NCBI GenBank assembly: GCA_044344945.1
Contig: JBIJBZ010000001.1
Span: forward strand, 2,239-66,238
Direction of reading: 5' to 3'
Source of the DNA: Bdellovibrionota bacterium
GTDB taxonomy: Bacteria; Bdellovibrionota_C; UBA2361; OMII01
DNA: 64,000 nucleotides
The notes below the pieces were generated by a model, which worked only from the letters and a program-made list of their open reading frames with translations, was not told the DNA's origin and searched no databases. Positions 8,924-19,160 of the stretch are shown here, piece after piece. Made by a program: the position numbers and the translations under genes. How positions within the stretch are numbered: the stretch's first letter is position 1; each line of letters opens with the position of its first letter.

Positions 8924-10486
8924 ATGAGTACTTCACCCAATTCCCCCTCCTCTGGAGGGGCCTCGGGACCGGGTAGGTCCACATCCTGGTGGGTCAAGCC
9001 TCTGCTCGGCGCCATCGGTTTGGTAGCTCTCAGCTACTTCTTCCCCAACGCCTCTCGCAAGGTCCAACAGTACGGGTTCCCTGTGGCGCTCGTCAGCGCT
9101 GGGATCCTGGTGCCACTTGTTAGCCTCATGTGGATTACCCGACCTGGAGGAAGCAAGCTGCTTCGTCTCGGCCTGGTCCTTGCGGGGTTCGCTGCGGCTT
9201 CCTTCTTCTTCGGACCTGTGATTCGGCCTTGGCTCAAAACCATGACTACCGGATCCTCCAAGTCCAAGACGATCAAGGATACGTTCCAGAACGCAGTCGA
9301 GGGGTTCATCCCGAGCCTCTCACCTAACGATCTGCTGGAAAAGTTGGTTGAACTGGAAGCCGAAAAACCGGCCACGGTTCAAGATCTCTTCGGTCCGAAC
9401 AGCATCAAGACCCCGGAGGGAACCCCTCAGTGGTTGGCTAATGCTGCGAGGATTGAGGAGGGCGTCTGCGAGCTCTTGGTCTTTGTCCGCGACGTGCGTC
9501 GCTTGAAGGAGGCCAAGGGGGTCTCTTGGCTTCGGTCTGAGGCTAGTGCGTGGGCCGAATTCTTCTCCAGCAAGGAGTCGAAAGACGGATCCACCACACC
9601 TCTCCGACTCAAGGCCCTCCTCAGTGCGGAGCGCGGTTACACAACCAACCCGTCCTTGCCGGACGACGTTGTGCAGCTGTTGAGCCTTCGGGTTGCGGAG
9701 GTTGGTGCCCTTTGTCGTCGCATTAACGCCGAGGCCCCCGAGGGGCTTCCGGAGTTGGAGGCGCGTATCAAAGCCTTTACCGATAGCTGGACGGTGACGT
9801 CGAGCGAGCGGTTGGCTGAGACGAGACAAAGGAACAACCGGCGTGCCGAGGTGACTATCCTCATGGAGCTGATTGGTAACTTCAATCTGCTTGCAGACCG
9901 ACTGAAAAACGGTCGATTGAGTCTCCAACAGGACTCATCTGCAACACGAGGTGCTCTCGAATCAGAGATCCAGAACGCTTCAGACGCGTTCTACGAGCCT
10001 CTGACGACGCGGCAGTTTGCGCAAGCGCTTGCGGCCATTCGCATACTGCAGGATCGGTTGGGTCCTGAGCCAAAAGCCGCCGCCGAAGGGTTTCGTGCCC
10101 TCGAAGCGCGGTTGACGCAGATCAGATCTATCAGCGACCAAAAGGCGTTTGCCAAGGCCGCTGAGCAGTTGATGATCGACGCCCGGCTCGAATTGGAGTT
10201 GCTCGATCGCTCGATTGACTCAGCTGCAGACGCTCTTCCGATCACGAAGAAAGGCCAATTCGAGGACAAGGTGAAAAGCCGGAAAACCTCGATGAAAGTC
10301 GCGCTGCAAAGCGCTCCTTCACTTCAACAGGTTGTTGTTAACAACAGCGCTCTTGACCTCGATGCGGATGGCTTCAAACGCTGTCAGCAAAGTACGGTTG
10401 AGCTGATCGGTGGGTTTCTTTCAAGTGTGAAGTATTACCAGGACTTCCTCGAGAGCTTGAAAGCAGCATCCAAGTCGTTTCTGTGA
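8924..10486 (+). CDS. hypothetical membrane-anchored protein: two N-terminal TM helices and a long helical, coiled-coil-like C-terminal region
   Basis: 520-aa ORF. The N-terminal hydrophobic segments are GAIGLVALSYFF and ALVSAGILVPLVSLMWI. No recognisable catalytic motif. Confidence 0.55.
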   Translation: MSTSPNSPSSGGASGPGRSTSWWVKPLLGAIGLVALSYFFPNASRKVQQYGFPVALVSAGILVPLVSLMWITRPGGSKLLRLGLVLAGFAAASFFFGPVIRPWLKTMTTGSSKSKTIKDTFQNAVEGFIPSLSPNDLLEKLVELEAEKPATVQDLFGPNSIKTPEGTPQWLANAARIEEGVCELLVFVRDVRRLKEAKGVSWLRSEASAWAEFFSSKESKDGSTTPLRLKALLSAERGYTTNPSLPDDVVQLLSLRVAEVGALCRRINAEAPEGLPELEARIKAFTDSWTVTSSERLAETRQRNNRRAEVTILMELIGNFNLLADRLKNGRLSLQQDSSATRGALESEIQNASDAFYEPLTTRQFAQALAAIRILQDRLGPEPKAAAEGFRALEARLTQIRSISDQKAFAKAAEQLMIDARLELELLDRSIDSAADALPITKKGQFEDKVKSRKTSMKVALQSAPSLQQVVVNNSALDLDADGFKRCQQSTVELIGGFLSSVKYYQDFLESLKAASKSFL

Positions 10487-10498
10487 GCGACCAACCAC

Positions 10499-10545
10499 GG
10501 TGGGTGTTCTTCCTAGTTTTTTAAACGACGTAGAACACCCATCCC
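10499..10545 (+). terminator. weak candidate terminator after the 520-aa gene
   Basis: gggtgttct...agaacaccc stem with a 21-nt loop followed by atcccttttac. Confidence 0.2.
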
Positions 10546-10759
10546 TTTTACCCGAAGTTGAACTTCACCCTCATCTTTTCACTACCCTTCGCCTACGAAG
10601 TAGGCCGAAACATTAGTATGCCAACGAAGGACAAAAGGGCGCAGAGATTCACCCAAGGACCAGCGTCTTGCCGTAATACCCGTAGAACTCTCCGTCTCAG
10701 CAACATTGGCGGCGAGGGTGGATTGCGAGAGTCTGTCGAAACCGGCAGATTGAGGATGC

Positions 10760-11678
10760 GTGACGTGGCCAACCCGCCCTATTTGCAGGAGTGGGATGGT
10801 GCTTGGAATTATGATGGCGGGGCTAGGAGAAATTCTTTCTAGCTTCGCAGACACGGGCAAGAAGGCGCTCGCTACAACGTTCTCGCCCGAGGCGATTATC
10901 ATCATCACCAGAACAAGTGGTATTATCGTGAACATCACGTACCTATCCTTCATAGGTTTTCCGGAGGTTCAGTGGCGCGCACCCTTTCTACCTGCTCTTG
11001 CACTCGGCATGCTGGGAGCGGCCGGTGAGGCGCTCTTTATGTACGGCTGCGAGGCACCGACCTCTCACTCGCCACACCGCTACTCGCGTTAACGCCGGTA
11101 GTCGCTGGGCTTCTCGGCTATCTCTGGTTCGGTGAGATTCTTAGCAATATTGCTGGACTCAGCGTTGTGGCCACTATAGTCGGCGCTTACCTACTCAACG
11201 TGGAAGGACCCGTGGGCCGCAATGTTTTTCTACCAATCATAAAACTGCTTGGAGATCGCAGTTACCTACTCATTCTACTGGCCGTTGAGACAGGATGCGT
11301 TTTTTTGTCGGGCAGGAGTACGGATTCTTGCACAGCTCACCAGTTTTCTTCGGGACGCTCATGCTCTTCGTTAACTGGATTATCTTCGGGCTCTGCACCT
11401 TAGTTAAGGGAGTTCGCGCGAGTGATGCGCCGACAGACGGTCGGACGTTGGGCCTAATTGCGCTCACAGGCCTTACCTGGGCCGGTGGGATGACATTAGT
11501 GTGTACTTCATTCCACTATACCTTGGCTGCGTATGTGAGTAGTGCGCAGCAGATCCAAATTCCTGCCGCAATTGTACTTGGTGCCAAGTGTCGAGGTGAG
11601 GATTCCTTCAAGCAGCGCCTGACAGCGGAATTAATCATGATGGTGAGTGTCGTAATGATATCGCTTGGCGCGGGGTAA
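10760..11678 (+). pseudogene. frameshifted DMT-superfamily (EamA/RhaT-like) transporter pseudogene
   Basis: Three consecutive ORF pieces in three frames (10760..11092, about 11068..11403, 11295..11678) each show EamA-like TM segments (LGIMMAGLGEILS; TPVVAGLLGYLWFGEILSNIAGLSVVATIVGAYLL; GLTWAGGMTLV). Confidence 0.55.
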
Positions 11679-11686
11679 TTGAGTAG

Positions 11687-13255
11687 CTATCGCTGTGCAC
11701 GCCGGCCAAAACTCTTAACAAACCGACTCAATGCGCTCTTTCGCCCCCCAAACACTCTACGAACGAAGCTATCCACAATTGGCTTGAGCTTTTGATAGAC
11801 GGTTCGATCGTCGTGAAATAATGGCTCAAACTCTTTTCCCTCGGGTATTCCTGCTTCCCTCTTGAGTCTAGCGATCATTGCTGACTCCCCTAAGTATCGT
11901 AGCGCAGTAACTACCTCCCTACCGAACGGATGTGTGAGGATACTTTGAGGCTGGAGAGTGAGGAGAAAATCTCGACCACGATGGAGCATAATCCTCTGGT
12001 TGCCCGTGATGATAACAGCCTCCTGAATATCTACCCCTGGTGCATCGGAGGAGATGATCCCATGATAGCCCGCGGCTGCCACCTCACTCTGCCATCGGTT
12101 GTCATTGAGCCCGCCTTTGTAGCCTAGTCTCTGCAGATACGTATGGAATCGTTGTAAATTTTCCTGTGCGACTCTCAGGAATCTAGTAGGCGCAACGAAA
12201 TCAAAGACAAGTAACTCCGTGCCATGTCCAAGGTAGGAAGTGGGATTCGCCGAGCAGTAAGCACCTGGCCCTAGCAGAGCCATCTCTCTGGGCCTGAGCT
12301 TGGCGTAGCACTCGTCGCCAAACACGACTGTTTGTTGGTCTCCTAAAAGGCGTTGCGCCCGTCTCTCGGTGCCCCAGCCATACAGCTTCGTGCCTTCGGG
12401 AAGAACCGTAATCGACACGAAATCTTGGTCCAAGACAAGGGGTATTCTTGAGGAGGTAACGAAGTATCTGCGCGTGTCGCTGGCATCGGTTTTGACCTGT
12501 CGACCAGACGGAAAGAGGTACCGAGCCTCGCGGTCCAACTTGAGCAAGAGCAGATCGGACGCGCCATCCTGATGCATCCGAGAAATTTTCTGATTGTAGT
12601 GCGTGATTATCTCAAGTCCGGTTTCTGATCCCTCTGCCATTCGTCTCAATAGAGAAGGAGCATTAAAGAAGCTGCTCTCAGGGTGAGAAATGCGCGCACT
12701 CGTCGTGCGTGGTACATCAACCTTTGTGTAATCGCCGGGATACTCAATCACCTGGAGATTGGTCCATCCATTTTTCTTCGCATATTCAGATACCACTTGA
12801 GCGACCTCGGCAGTTGCAGCTGGCTCAAGATCGTTAAGATAGATGATACCCTTATCCCCCTTTGCACCAACTAGTTTGGCCAGATGTTTCAACAGGTGAT
12901 CGTGTTGCTTCTCTGATGGAGTAAATCGCGTTTCCACGGTAGCGCGCAGAGACCCGTAGTTTGCGGCCCCCCATTCCATGTGAGACCACATTGCCGAACT
13001 ATCAACGCGTCCCCCAATTGGAGCTGTCAACGCTTGGAACTGATAGTTGGCCTCCGTCTGTGAGGACTCAGCGGGCTGCTCCCACGGAACTAAAGGGGGC
13101 CGGACACCCCCACCAGGGTTAGGTTCTCGTTGGTCTTTTAAATCATGCATGGCTGATATGCTCAAATGTGAGACAAGAGTACTCCTGTAATCTAGGGTCA
13201 AGGGCTCCGCTTGATTTGCACAGAAAACTGCATGGCTGGTCTCGACGCTGCTCAA
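11687..13255 (-). CDS. hypothetical protein (522 aa); may be the C-terminal part of a longer frameshifted gene
   Basis: Long ORF with no recognisable motif. Its 5' end overlaps the 3' end of ORF 13143..13715 by 113 nt in a different frame. Confidence 0.5.
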   Translation of the reverse strand: MSSVETSHAVFCANQAEPLTLDYRSTLVSHLSISAMHDLKDQREPNPGGGVRPPLVPWEQPAESSQTEANYQFQALTAPIGGRVDSSAMWSHMEWGAANYGSLRATVETRFTPSEKQHDHLLKHLAKLVGAKGDKGIIYLNDLEPAATAEVAQVVSEYAKKNGWTNLQVIEYPGDYTKVDVPRTTSARISHPESSFFNAPSLLRRMAEGSETGLEIITHYNQKISRMHQDGASDLLLLKLDREARYLFPSGRQVKTDASDTRRYFVTSSRIPLVLDQDFVSITVLPEGTKLYGWGTERRAQRLLGDQQTVVFGDECYAKLRPREMALLGPGAYCSANPTSYLGHGTELLVFDFVAPTRFLRVAQENLQRFHTYLQRLGYKGGLNDNRWQSEVAAAGYHGIISSDAPGVDIQEAVIITGNQRIMLHRGRDFLLTLQPQSILTHPFGREVVTALRYLGESAMIARLKREAGIPEGKEFEPLFHDDRTVYQKLKPIVDSFVRRVFGGRKSALSRFVKSFGRRAQR

Positions 13256-13715
13256 GCCTTACGCTTAGTTTTGCACTCTTCATCGCATCCGTTCGATCTA
13301 CGGGACCGAACCAACCTTCTGACTGAGCTGAGATGAAGAAGATTGATTTGTCTTCTGCTAGGCAATCAGCAAGCTCTCCAAAGATTGATCCAATGTCTGG
13401 GTTAGGCCGAATATCTCCATCACCATCGCACAGGAGTGCAAACGGGCGCTCCGTAGGCCGCACAGCGATGATGTACTCGTGAATCTGCGCGACAACTTTT
13501 GAGACTACGGTCGAGTCGATTACGTTGATGCTTTCCGCACCCCGCAACGTCATTATCACTGCCTCCTCGCTTGTGAGTGGGGTCATGCGCTTCTGCCAAA
13601 GTTTGAGATCGCTACCGATGCAATGTGCCCTAGCTGGCGCCTCAGTCGACTGAACCATTAGGGTGGTTTGCTGTGCCTCTTGACGTACAACGTTAGTTCC
13701 CTTGCTTGGTCCCAT
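13143..13715 (-). CDS. hypothetical protein (190 aa); possibly the N-terminal part of a frameshifted gene continuing into 11687..13255
   Basis: ORF abutting and overlapping the downstream ORF on the same strand. No motif recognised. Confidence 0.35.
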   Translation of the reverse strand: MGPSKGTNVVRQEAQQTTLMVQSTEAPARAHCIGSDLKLWQKRMTPLTSEEAVIMTLRGAESINVIDSTVVSKVVAQIHEYIIAVRPTERPFALLCDGDGDIRPNPDIGSIFGELADCLAEDKSIFFISAQSEGWFGPVDRTDAMKSAKLSVRLEQRRDQPCSFLCKSSGALDPRLQEYSCLTFEHISHA

Positions 13716-13935
13716 AGAACGAAGTCCCCGGCGCTTGTTGTCGATTGTTTGGAACGGCGCTTCGTTCTGGTTATGAAGTATTTGAGAGAAAAGAGTCCTA
13801 AGTTACAACCACACGCCATGCGAAGGCCGGCTTGGAGAAGGCAGTACTCAGGCTTTCCTCCAGGAATTACACGGTTTTATGGACTAAGTTGGTCCGACAT
13901 CCGACCGGGGGGCTCGACTGGTAGAAGGTTCCGTT

Positions 13936-14130
13936 TGCCTGTTTAGGGTCTGCCCTTACCGTCTGTCAATTGCAGAGCCAGAGAGTGCTGATAGGGAGCT
14001 CGTGTTGAGCGAAGACTTTCACATTCAAATCTCCGCCGAAGATTGGCGGACCTCATAGTACGAATCGTTTGGATTAGAGGTACATTTAGCTTGTCGGAGA
14101 AGCCTCTCAAGAGTTCGTTCTGTAATCCAA
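13936..14130 (-). pseudogene. relic C-terminal fragment of a paralog of gene 15338..16672
   Basis: About 70% nucleotide identity to 15400-15590 (cgtctgt[c/a]aattgcagagccagagag...). Minus-strand translation ...LLRGFSDKLNVPLIQTIRTMRSANL...HSLALQLTDGKGRP* parallels ...LLRKAQYIPDPTGTKYTIRKCPGDVRM...ALWLCNLQTGEAEP. Confidence 0.35.
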
Positions 14131-14309
14131 AAACTCAAGGCCAGCCGATGCCCCTGCAGGGAGCAGCTCTCATCCAACCCGGAAAGACAAATATGCTCAC
14201 ACAGCCTGGCCCGTTGAACTGCTTATACAAAGGCGCGGGATCTCACTATTCCTCACCGTTGGGTGTTTCGTGGTAGTGTGCAGTAATCTAACTTCATACA
14301 ACACCTATC

Positions 14310-15011
14310 ATGATTACAGTCCTCTTTGGGCCCCCCTGCGTAGGAAAAGGAACCGTAGCGAGGGAGCTCTGCTCCGACTCCGCGTACGTGCTCATTCCCG
14401 CCGGTGAATTACTTCGCTGCATTCAAGGGCAACCAAGCTTAATAAACCTGAGCGCCCATCCGAGCGGTCCTCAATTGAGGGCGGCCTGGGAGCCGGCCTA
14501 TGCCGAACTCCTAAACTCAGGTCGATTCCTCCCCGATGACTACGTCATTCGGCTCGTGGACCTGTACAAGGCAGGATTCCCCAGCAGTTCCAAATTTCTC
14601 TATGACGGATTCCCGCGCAACCTTTCCCAGGTGATTGCGCTTGACCTCTCTCTGCGCCAATCAGGGCACAATCCGAAAGACCTACAATTCATTACCCTCG
14701 AAGCTCCCGATGAGAAACTGAAAGAGCGAAATCACCTGCGGTTTATGACGGGACAACGGGCAGATGACGATCCTGCGACCTTTGCTGATCGCCTGCGCAC
14801 ATATCGTCAGAGCGCCGTGGATATCTGTCACTATTACCGAAAAAGCGGACGAGAAATTGAGATCGATGCAGGTGGGACCATTCAAGAAACGGTAGTAAAG
14901 CTGCGAAAGGAGCTCGGACGTTCGTATGCTGTCTCCCTGCCACTCCTTCCACCTATTTCAGAGAGTTACTCGCCAGGCGATCGACAACGCGCACGGGCGG
15001 TTAATCCCTGA
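14310..15011 (+). CDS. adenylate kinase-like P-loop nucleoside monophosphate kinase (divergent, stand-alone)
   Basis: P-loop LFGPPCVGKGT, NMP-binding IPAGELLR, DGFPR motif, LID-like RADDDPATFADRLRTYR...YY. Not in the usual secY-adk-map context. Confidence 0.6.
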   Translation: MITVLFGPPCVGKGTVARELCSDSAYVLIPAGELLRCIQGQPSLINLSAHPSGPQLRAAWEPAYAELLNSGRFLPDDYVIRLVDLYKAGFPSSSKFLYDGFPRNLSQVIALDLSLRQSGHNPKDLQFITLEAPDEKLKERNHLRFMTGQRADDDPATFADRLRTYRQSAVDICHYYRKSGREIEIDAGGTIQETVVKLRKELGRSYAVSLPLLPPISESYSPGDRQRARAVNP

Positions 15012-15337
15012 TTCGACGTTCCACATGATGCGACAATCGCCCTGTAATGTTCACTCACGCGTGCCTGCGATGTGAAAAAGCGATGCAACTGCCGAGCCGC
15101 ATGTATCGCCTCAATCTTTACTATGCCTCTGCGCTCCTCGTTGCTTTCCTGACCTTACGCACCCTACGCGCGCTAATCAATAAACTGGGCGATGGACGGG
15201 AATAGGTCATCCAAACTCAAGCGAACGTGTTGGACCGTAAACTCGCGATTGACCCGGCCAGGCGAGCTGAATACTGGAGCGCCACGAATCCATAACACTC
15301 ATCAATTTACGAACTCCTCAAGAAGGGCACTAGCGAG

Positions 15338-16672
15338 CTATTCTCTAAATACCTCAAGAAATCTCGGTACATACTGCGCTTGAAACGCTATGGACACGGG
15401 TTCTGCCTCCCCCGTCTGTAAATTGCAGAGCCAGAGAGCATTGTGAGTAATGATAGTAAGATTGTTTTCAGCAAGGACCTTTACCATTCGAACATCCCCC
15501 GGACATTTTCGAATAGTATACTTCGTGCCAGTCGGGTCTGGAATGTACTGTGCTTTGCGGAGAAGCGTCTCAAGAGTTCCTTGAGGCTCCCTTTCTCTCA
15601 TATCAGCTAATTCTAAGTCGGTAAGAGAGCCGCTATCTCCCCGCTTCTGGAGTAGCTTTGATATTTCGTCAATGAGCGCCTGCGGGTCCTCCCCTACTCC
15701 CAGGCGCCTCTCGAATGCGAGCGCCTCGGAATACGTTAACGCCGTCGATGGCCGATCGTAGCCTTGCTCGAGAACAAATCGCGCTTTAGGGTCTTTTTGG
15801 TAAAGATCCTGCAGGACGGCATCGACTAGCACGTCCCGTTCGTCGTAGGGGATCTCATGGAGTCGGAAGACTCCGGGAGCAATCTGAGTCGCTTCATTCC
15901 AGATGTTTTGTGCGATCTGCGCAGCTTCCTGGTAGCGTTCAATGAGAGGCTGAATACAGCTCGGCACTTCAGCTCCCTGCGCCAATTGCTGAATCATGGT
16001 AGTTATCGTGGCAAACGTCTCCGCACGATTACCTCGCCGGTTTAGACAAAACGGGAGATTTTCACGGTGCAGGGCGATCAGGGCGGCACGATAATTGGCT
16101 ATACGGGAATCGCCTACTTCCCGTTCACTGGCATGGGCTACGGCGAGTAGGGAGTGAACTATCGGATCATCAGATTCGCTGACTATACTTGATACGAATC
16201 CCCGAATCGGAATTCGCGGATCCTCTCGCTTCCCGAGGGGAACAGCGTCATCAACACTGTTGAGCGTTCCGTGAAGAGAGCCTCCTGAAATGACATACGC
16301 CCCTACTACCTGCGACAGCTGGTTACGGTAAAAGCTTGCAGCAGATATAAAGAGCGCCTGTTCACCCTGGGCGACCTTCTTTGTGAATTCACATTCACCA
16401 AATCCGTTCAGGGAATTACTGAGTGCGGTCTCTCCCGTGACCTTGAGCTGGGGCGCGTTTCCCCGCTCGTTTTGTATCGCACGATAGAGAGCTGCGGCTG
16501 AAAGAATGTTCGTCAGAGAAGAAGCGAGGTCCCCGTGTTCGATTACAAAGAGGAGAGTGTCAACTTCGTTGAGCGCCATCGGAACCTTTGGTAAAGAGAC
16601 GGAGTTGGTGACCGATGGCAGCGGCCTGTTGGAAGGATGCTGAGTCGAAGATGGTGTCTGATCAGGCGTCAT
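15338..16672 (-). CDS. hypothetical protein (444 aa)
   Basis: ORF with an AAGGGG Shine-Dalgarno sequence 4 nt upstream of the ATG. No recognisable motif. Its 3' end is partially duplicated at 13936-14130. Confidence 0.55.
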   Translation of the reverse strand: MTPDQTPSSTQHPSNRPLPSVTNSVSLPKVPMALNEVDTLLFVIEHGDLASSLTNILSAAALYRAIQNERGNAPQLKVTGETALSNSLNGFGECEFTKKVAQGEQALFISAASFYRNQLSQVVGAYVISGGSLHGTLNSVDDAVPLGKREDPRIPIRGFVSSIVSESDDPIVHSLLAVAHASEREVGDSRIANYRAALIALHRENLPFCLNRRGNRAETFATITTMIQQLAQGAEVPSCIQPLIERYQEAAQIAQNIWNEATQIAPGVFRLHEIPYDERDVLVDAVLQDLYQKDPKARFVLEQGYDRPSTALTYSEALAFERRLGVGEDPQALIDEISKLLQKRGDSGSLTDLELADMREREPQGTLETLLRKAQYIPDPTGTKYTIRKCPGDVRMVKVLAENNLTIITHNALWLCNLQTGEAEPVSIAFQAQYVPRFLEVFRE

Positions 16673-16963
16673 AGCCCCTTACTGCAAATAATCTTGGTCT
16701 ACGCCTCAGAAAAGGCCTGGCGGACTTTTGTTTGCTACCCATGTGATAGCCGGTCTTAGGCACAGAAGCTACTGATTTTCTCTAGCGGTGTGTCAATCCT
16801 GATCCCCATACGCCTCGTGAATCCACAATCGATCAATATTACCCAGGCTGCAGCAGGTAATTTAAAATAGATGCTTGCTCGCGTATAACACTCCCGCTCT
16901 TAAGGACCGGAAATATTCTTGACATACTACAAGGACTGAACAACTCTCAGACTCGGATGCTAG

Positions 16964-18601
16964 GTGTCAACGGTAAATCAGCATTGTATGGGTTTCAGGA
17001 GAGACGGTCTATTCAAGGGTAGAGTCAGTTTTAGTTCGAAGGAACTCAACCTTCTTTTTGTACTAGTTCTCGTGGCAGGGGCAGTTCTGCGTCTGATCTA
17101 TCTTAAGGAGCTTCCGATCGGTTTTAGCCACCAGTCTCTTGATCATCACAATCAGGTGACATTTAGATTTCTTCACTACCTAAACTGCACATTTGGCACT
17201 GAATCTTGCGTAGCCGCATTTCCGACTTTGGTTCAACACTACGGCTTTGCAAGCTTCCTGCAGGCATTGGTCTTTTATTGTTGCGGAGTTGGGTATTACC
17301 AATCGGCCATGCCAGGAGTGGTGTTTGGAATACTGTCGATCTTTGTCATCTGGAGAATTGGCATACTTCTCCTGGGCAAGGAATACGGCTTAGCTCTGGC
17401 CTTCCTGCTTGCGATCTCCGTCTGGCATATCACTTTTTCTCGGCACTCGGATGCCGAACACAGCTTGCCTATATTGCAAGCACTGCTCTCGATCTACTTT
17501 TTGCTCTTGTGCGTCCAATCTCCCAATCTCATTACTGGTAGCATTTTGGGAGTAGTTATTGGCTCGTCCTGGTATGTGTATGCCACTAATCAAATAGTAC
17601 CTCTTTTGTGTATTGCTGCCTTGCCCGTGCTTTGTCTCAGTTATAATACTTCGTTGCGGCACCGAGCCTGGCTGATGGCGTTCATATGTTGTGTGATAGT
17701 CAGCTATCCCGCTGTGAGCGCGAGTGTTAGTAAGGGGCACTTCTTCCCTGTGCGCTCAACTCTGCCGACAACTAACAATTATCAGATCCGCGATATCTCA
17801 GAGCTCGTCACCATAGTGGGGCGTACCCTTAGCCAATTATTTATTCGGTCCGAGGATGAGTGGTTCGTGCGAGGGGGCGGAGCCATAACACTTGCCGGGA
17901 AGATACTAGGCGTATGCGGAATCGGAGTTCTCTTAAGTCGCATGCGAACTGCTGTGGGAGCATTACAAGGAGCCTATGTATTCGCTGTTTTCGCTCTTGG
18001 GCTTATTCCAGCGATCTTTTCACCCGAGCCTGCGCTCCGCAGAGAGCTTATTACTCTCGTAGTATCAGTATTCATCGAGGGCCTCGGCGCCCTCTATGTT
18101 CTTCGGGCTTTCCAAGTCTTCGGGAGACTGCGTGGGGTGTTGTTGGCTTTGGTTTTCGCTCTTTCCTTTATGTGGAGTTGGAATGAATACGCCTACAAAG
18201 TGAGAATTCCCGAGGTTGTTAACAATCAGTTTTATAGAAGCTTCGCCACCCTCATTGAGCAATTTTGGAAGCAGACTCCTGTTACTCTTGTATCTACCAA
18301 TTGGGGCACTGATGAATTAGCAAGAAGACACACCGAGTTCTTGATGACGGATCAGAAACGGCAGGCGCATGAAGCGGACGTCAGTAAGCACGCCACCTTC
18401 TATATATTCGACAAAATGACTCAAACCGTTGATTGCACGACGTTATGCCAGCCGAGTGGTCGAATAGTCATGTTCGAGCCGGTCTTACGGGTTCCGATGG
18501 TGAACTATTTCAGAAATTGTCCATCGCTTGAGGGCATGGAGGTTAAATACGTGACCGATTTTCGCGGAAACCCTTTGGCGCACTACGTTCAATGCCCGTA
18601 A
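16964..18601 (+). CDS. polytopic membrane protein, GT-C fold glycosyltransferase-like (GT39/ArnT/PMT-type)
   Basis: 545 aa with at least 10 predicted TM helices over the first ~400 aa followed by a soluble C-terminal domain, as in ArnT/PMT enzymes. The track start is GTG; the alternative ATG is at 16988. Confidence 0.5.
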   Translation: MSTVNQHCMGFRRDGLFKGRVSFSSKELNLLFVLVLVAGAVLRLIYLKELPIGFSHQSLDHHNQVTFRFLHYLNCTFGTESCVAAFPTLVQHYGFASFLQALVFYCCGVGYYQSAMPGVVFGILSIFVIWRIGILLLGKEYGLALAFLLAISVWHITFSRHSDAEHSLPILQALLSIYFLLLCVQSPNLITGSILGVVIGSSWYVYATNQIVPLLCIAALPVLCLSYNTSLRHRAWLMAFICCVIVSYPAVSASVSKGHFFPVRSTLPTTNNYQIRDISELVTIVGRTLSQLFIRSEDEWFVRGGGAITLAGKILGVCGIGVLLSRMRTAVGALQGAYVFAVFALGLIPAIFSPEPALRRELITLVVSVFIEGLGALYVLRAFQVFGRLRGVLLALVFALSFMWSWNEYAYKVRIPEVVNNQFYRSFATLIEQFWKQTPVTLVSTNWGTDELARRHTEFLMTDQKRQAHEADVSKHATFYIFDKMTQTVDCTTLCQPSGRIVMFEPVLRVPMVNYFRNCPSLEGMEVKYVTDFRGNPLAHYVQCP

Positions 18602-18806
18602 TAAAGGGGGCAGACATAGCGCGTTTCTGAAAGCATAGGCTAAGGTTCCCTACCAGGAAGCCGAATGATACTCGCGGCCGAAGGATTTCGCGATGCTGCG
18701 GGGGTCTTGATACATTTAAAAAATAAATGCTGTAAAACCGCCCTCCCCTCCTATTCCCCTTCTGCTGGGCTCATATTTACTCGAACGGTACGTGCGACGG
18801 CTCTAA

Positions 18807-18997
18807 ACCGCATATTTCATGAAGCCTGCTACTGTGAGTGTCGAGAATGGTGCTTTTTCGGTCCAAACGACTATCTCAGACCGGAAGGTATCCCGATACG
18901 ATTCCGCCCTGAATTTTAGTTTGTTGAATTCGCCCTTCGGGCCCGAACAATCACCACTCTCGGCGCTCTCGAGAAGCAGCTTCATGAAAAATGCGGG
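18807..18997 (+). repeat. MITE-like palindromic element, full-length copy (about 190 bp) with terminal inverted repeats of about 22 bp
   Basis: Terminal inverted repeats ccgcatatttcatgaagcctgct ... agcagcttcatgaaaaatgcggg. The internal sequence matches copies at 7700, 22856 and 36578. Lies between convergent gene ends. Confidence 0.7.
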
Positions 18998-19160
18998 CTA
19001 AATCACCACAAAAGGGTCCGTAGTGAGCATTTTGAGAGGTTTGACGAAACAAGACGGAGGCGGATCATCTGAGGTACCTTGAGGATTTTTTCGGCGGCTC
19101 CAACGCAGTTGCAGTCAAACTATCGAAATGCGGAGCCGGAAGTCCTTTTTCACTACCCGG

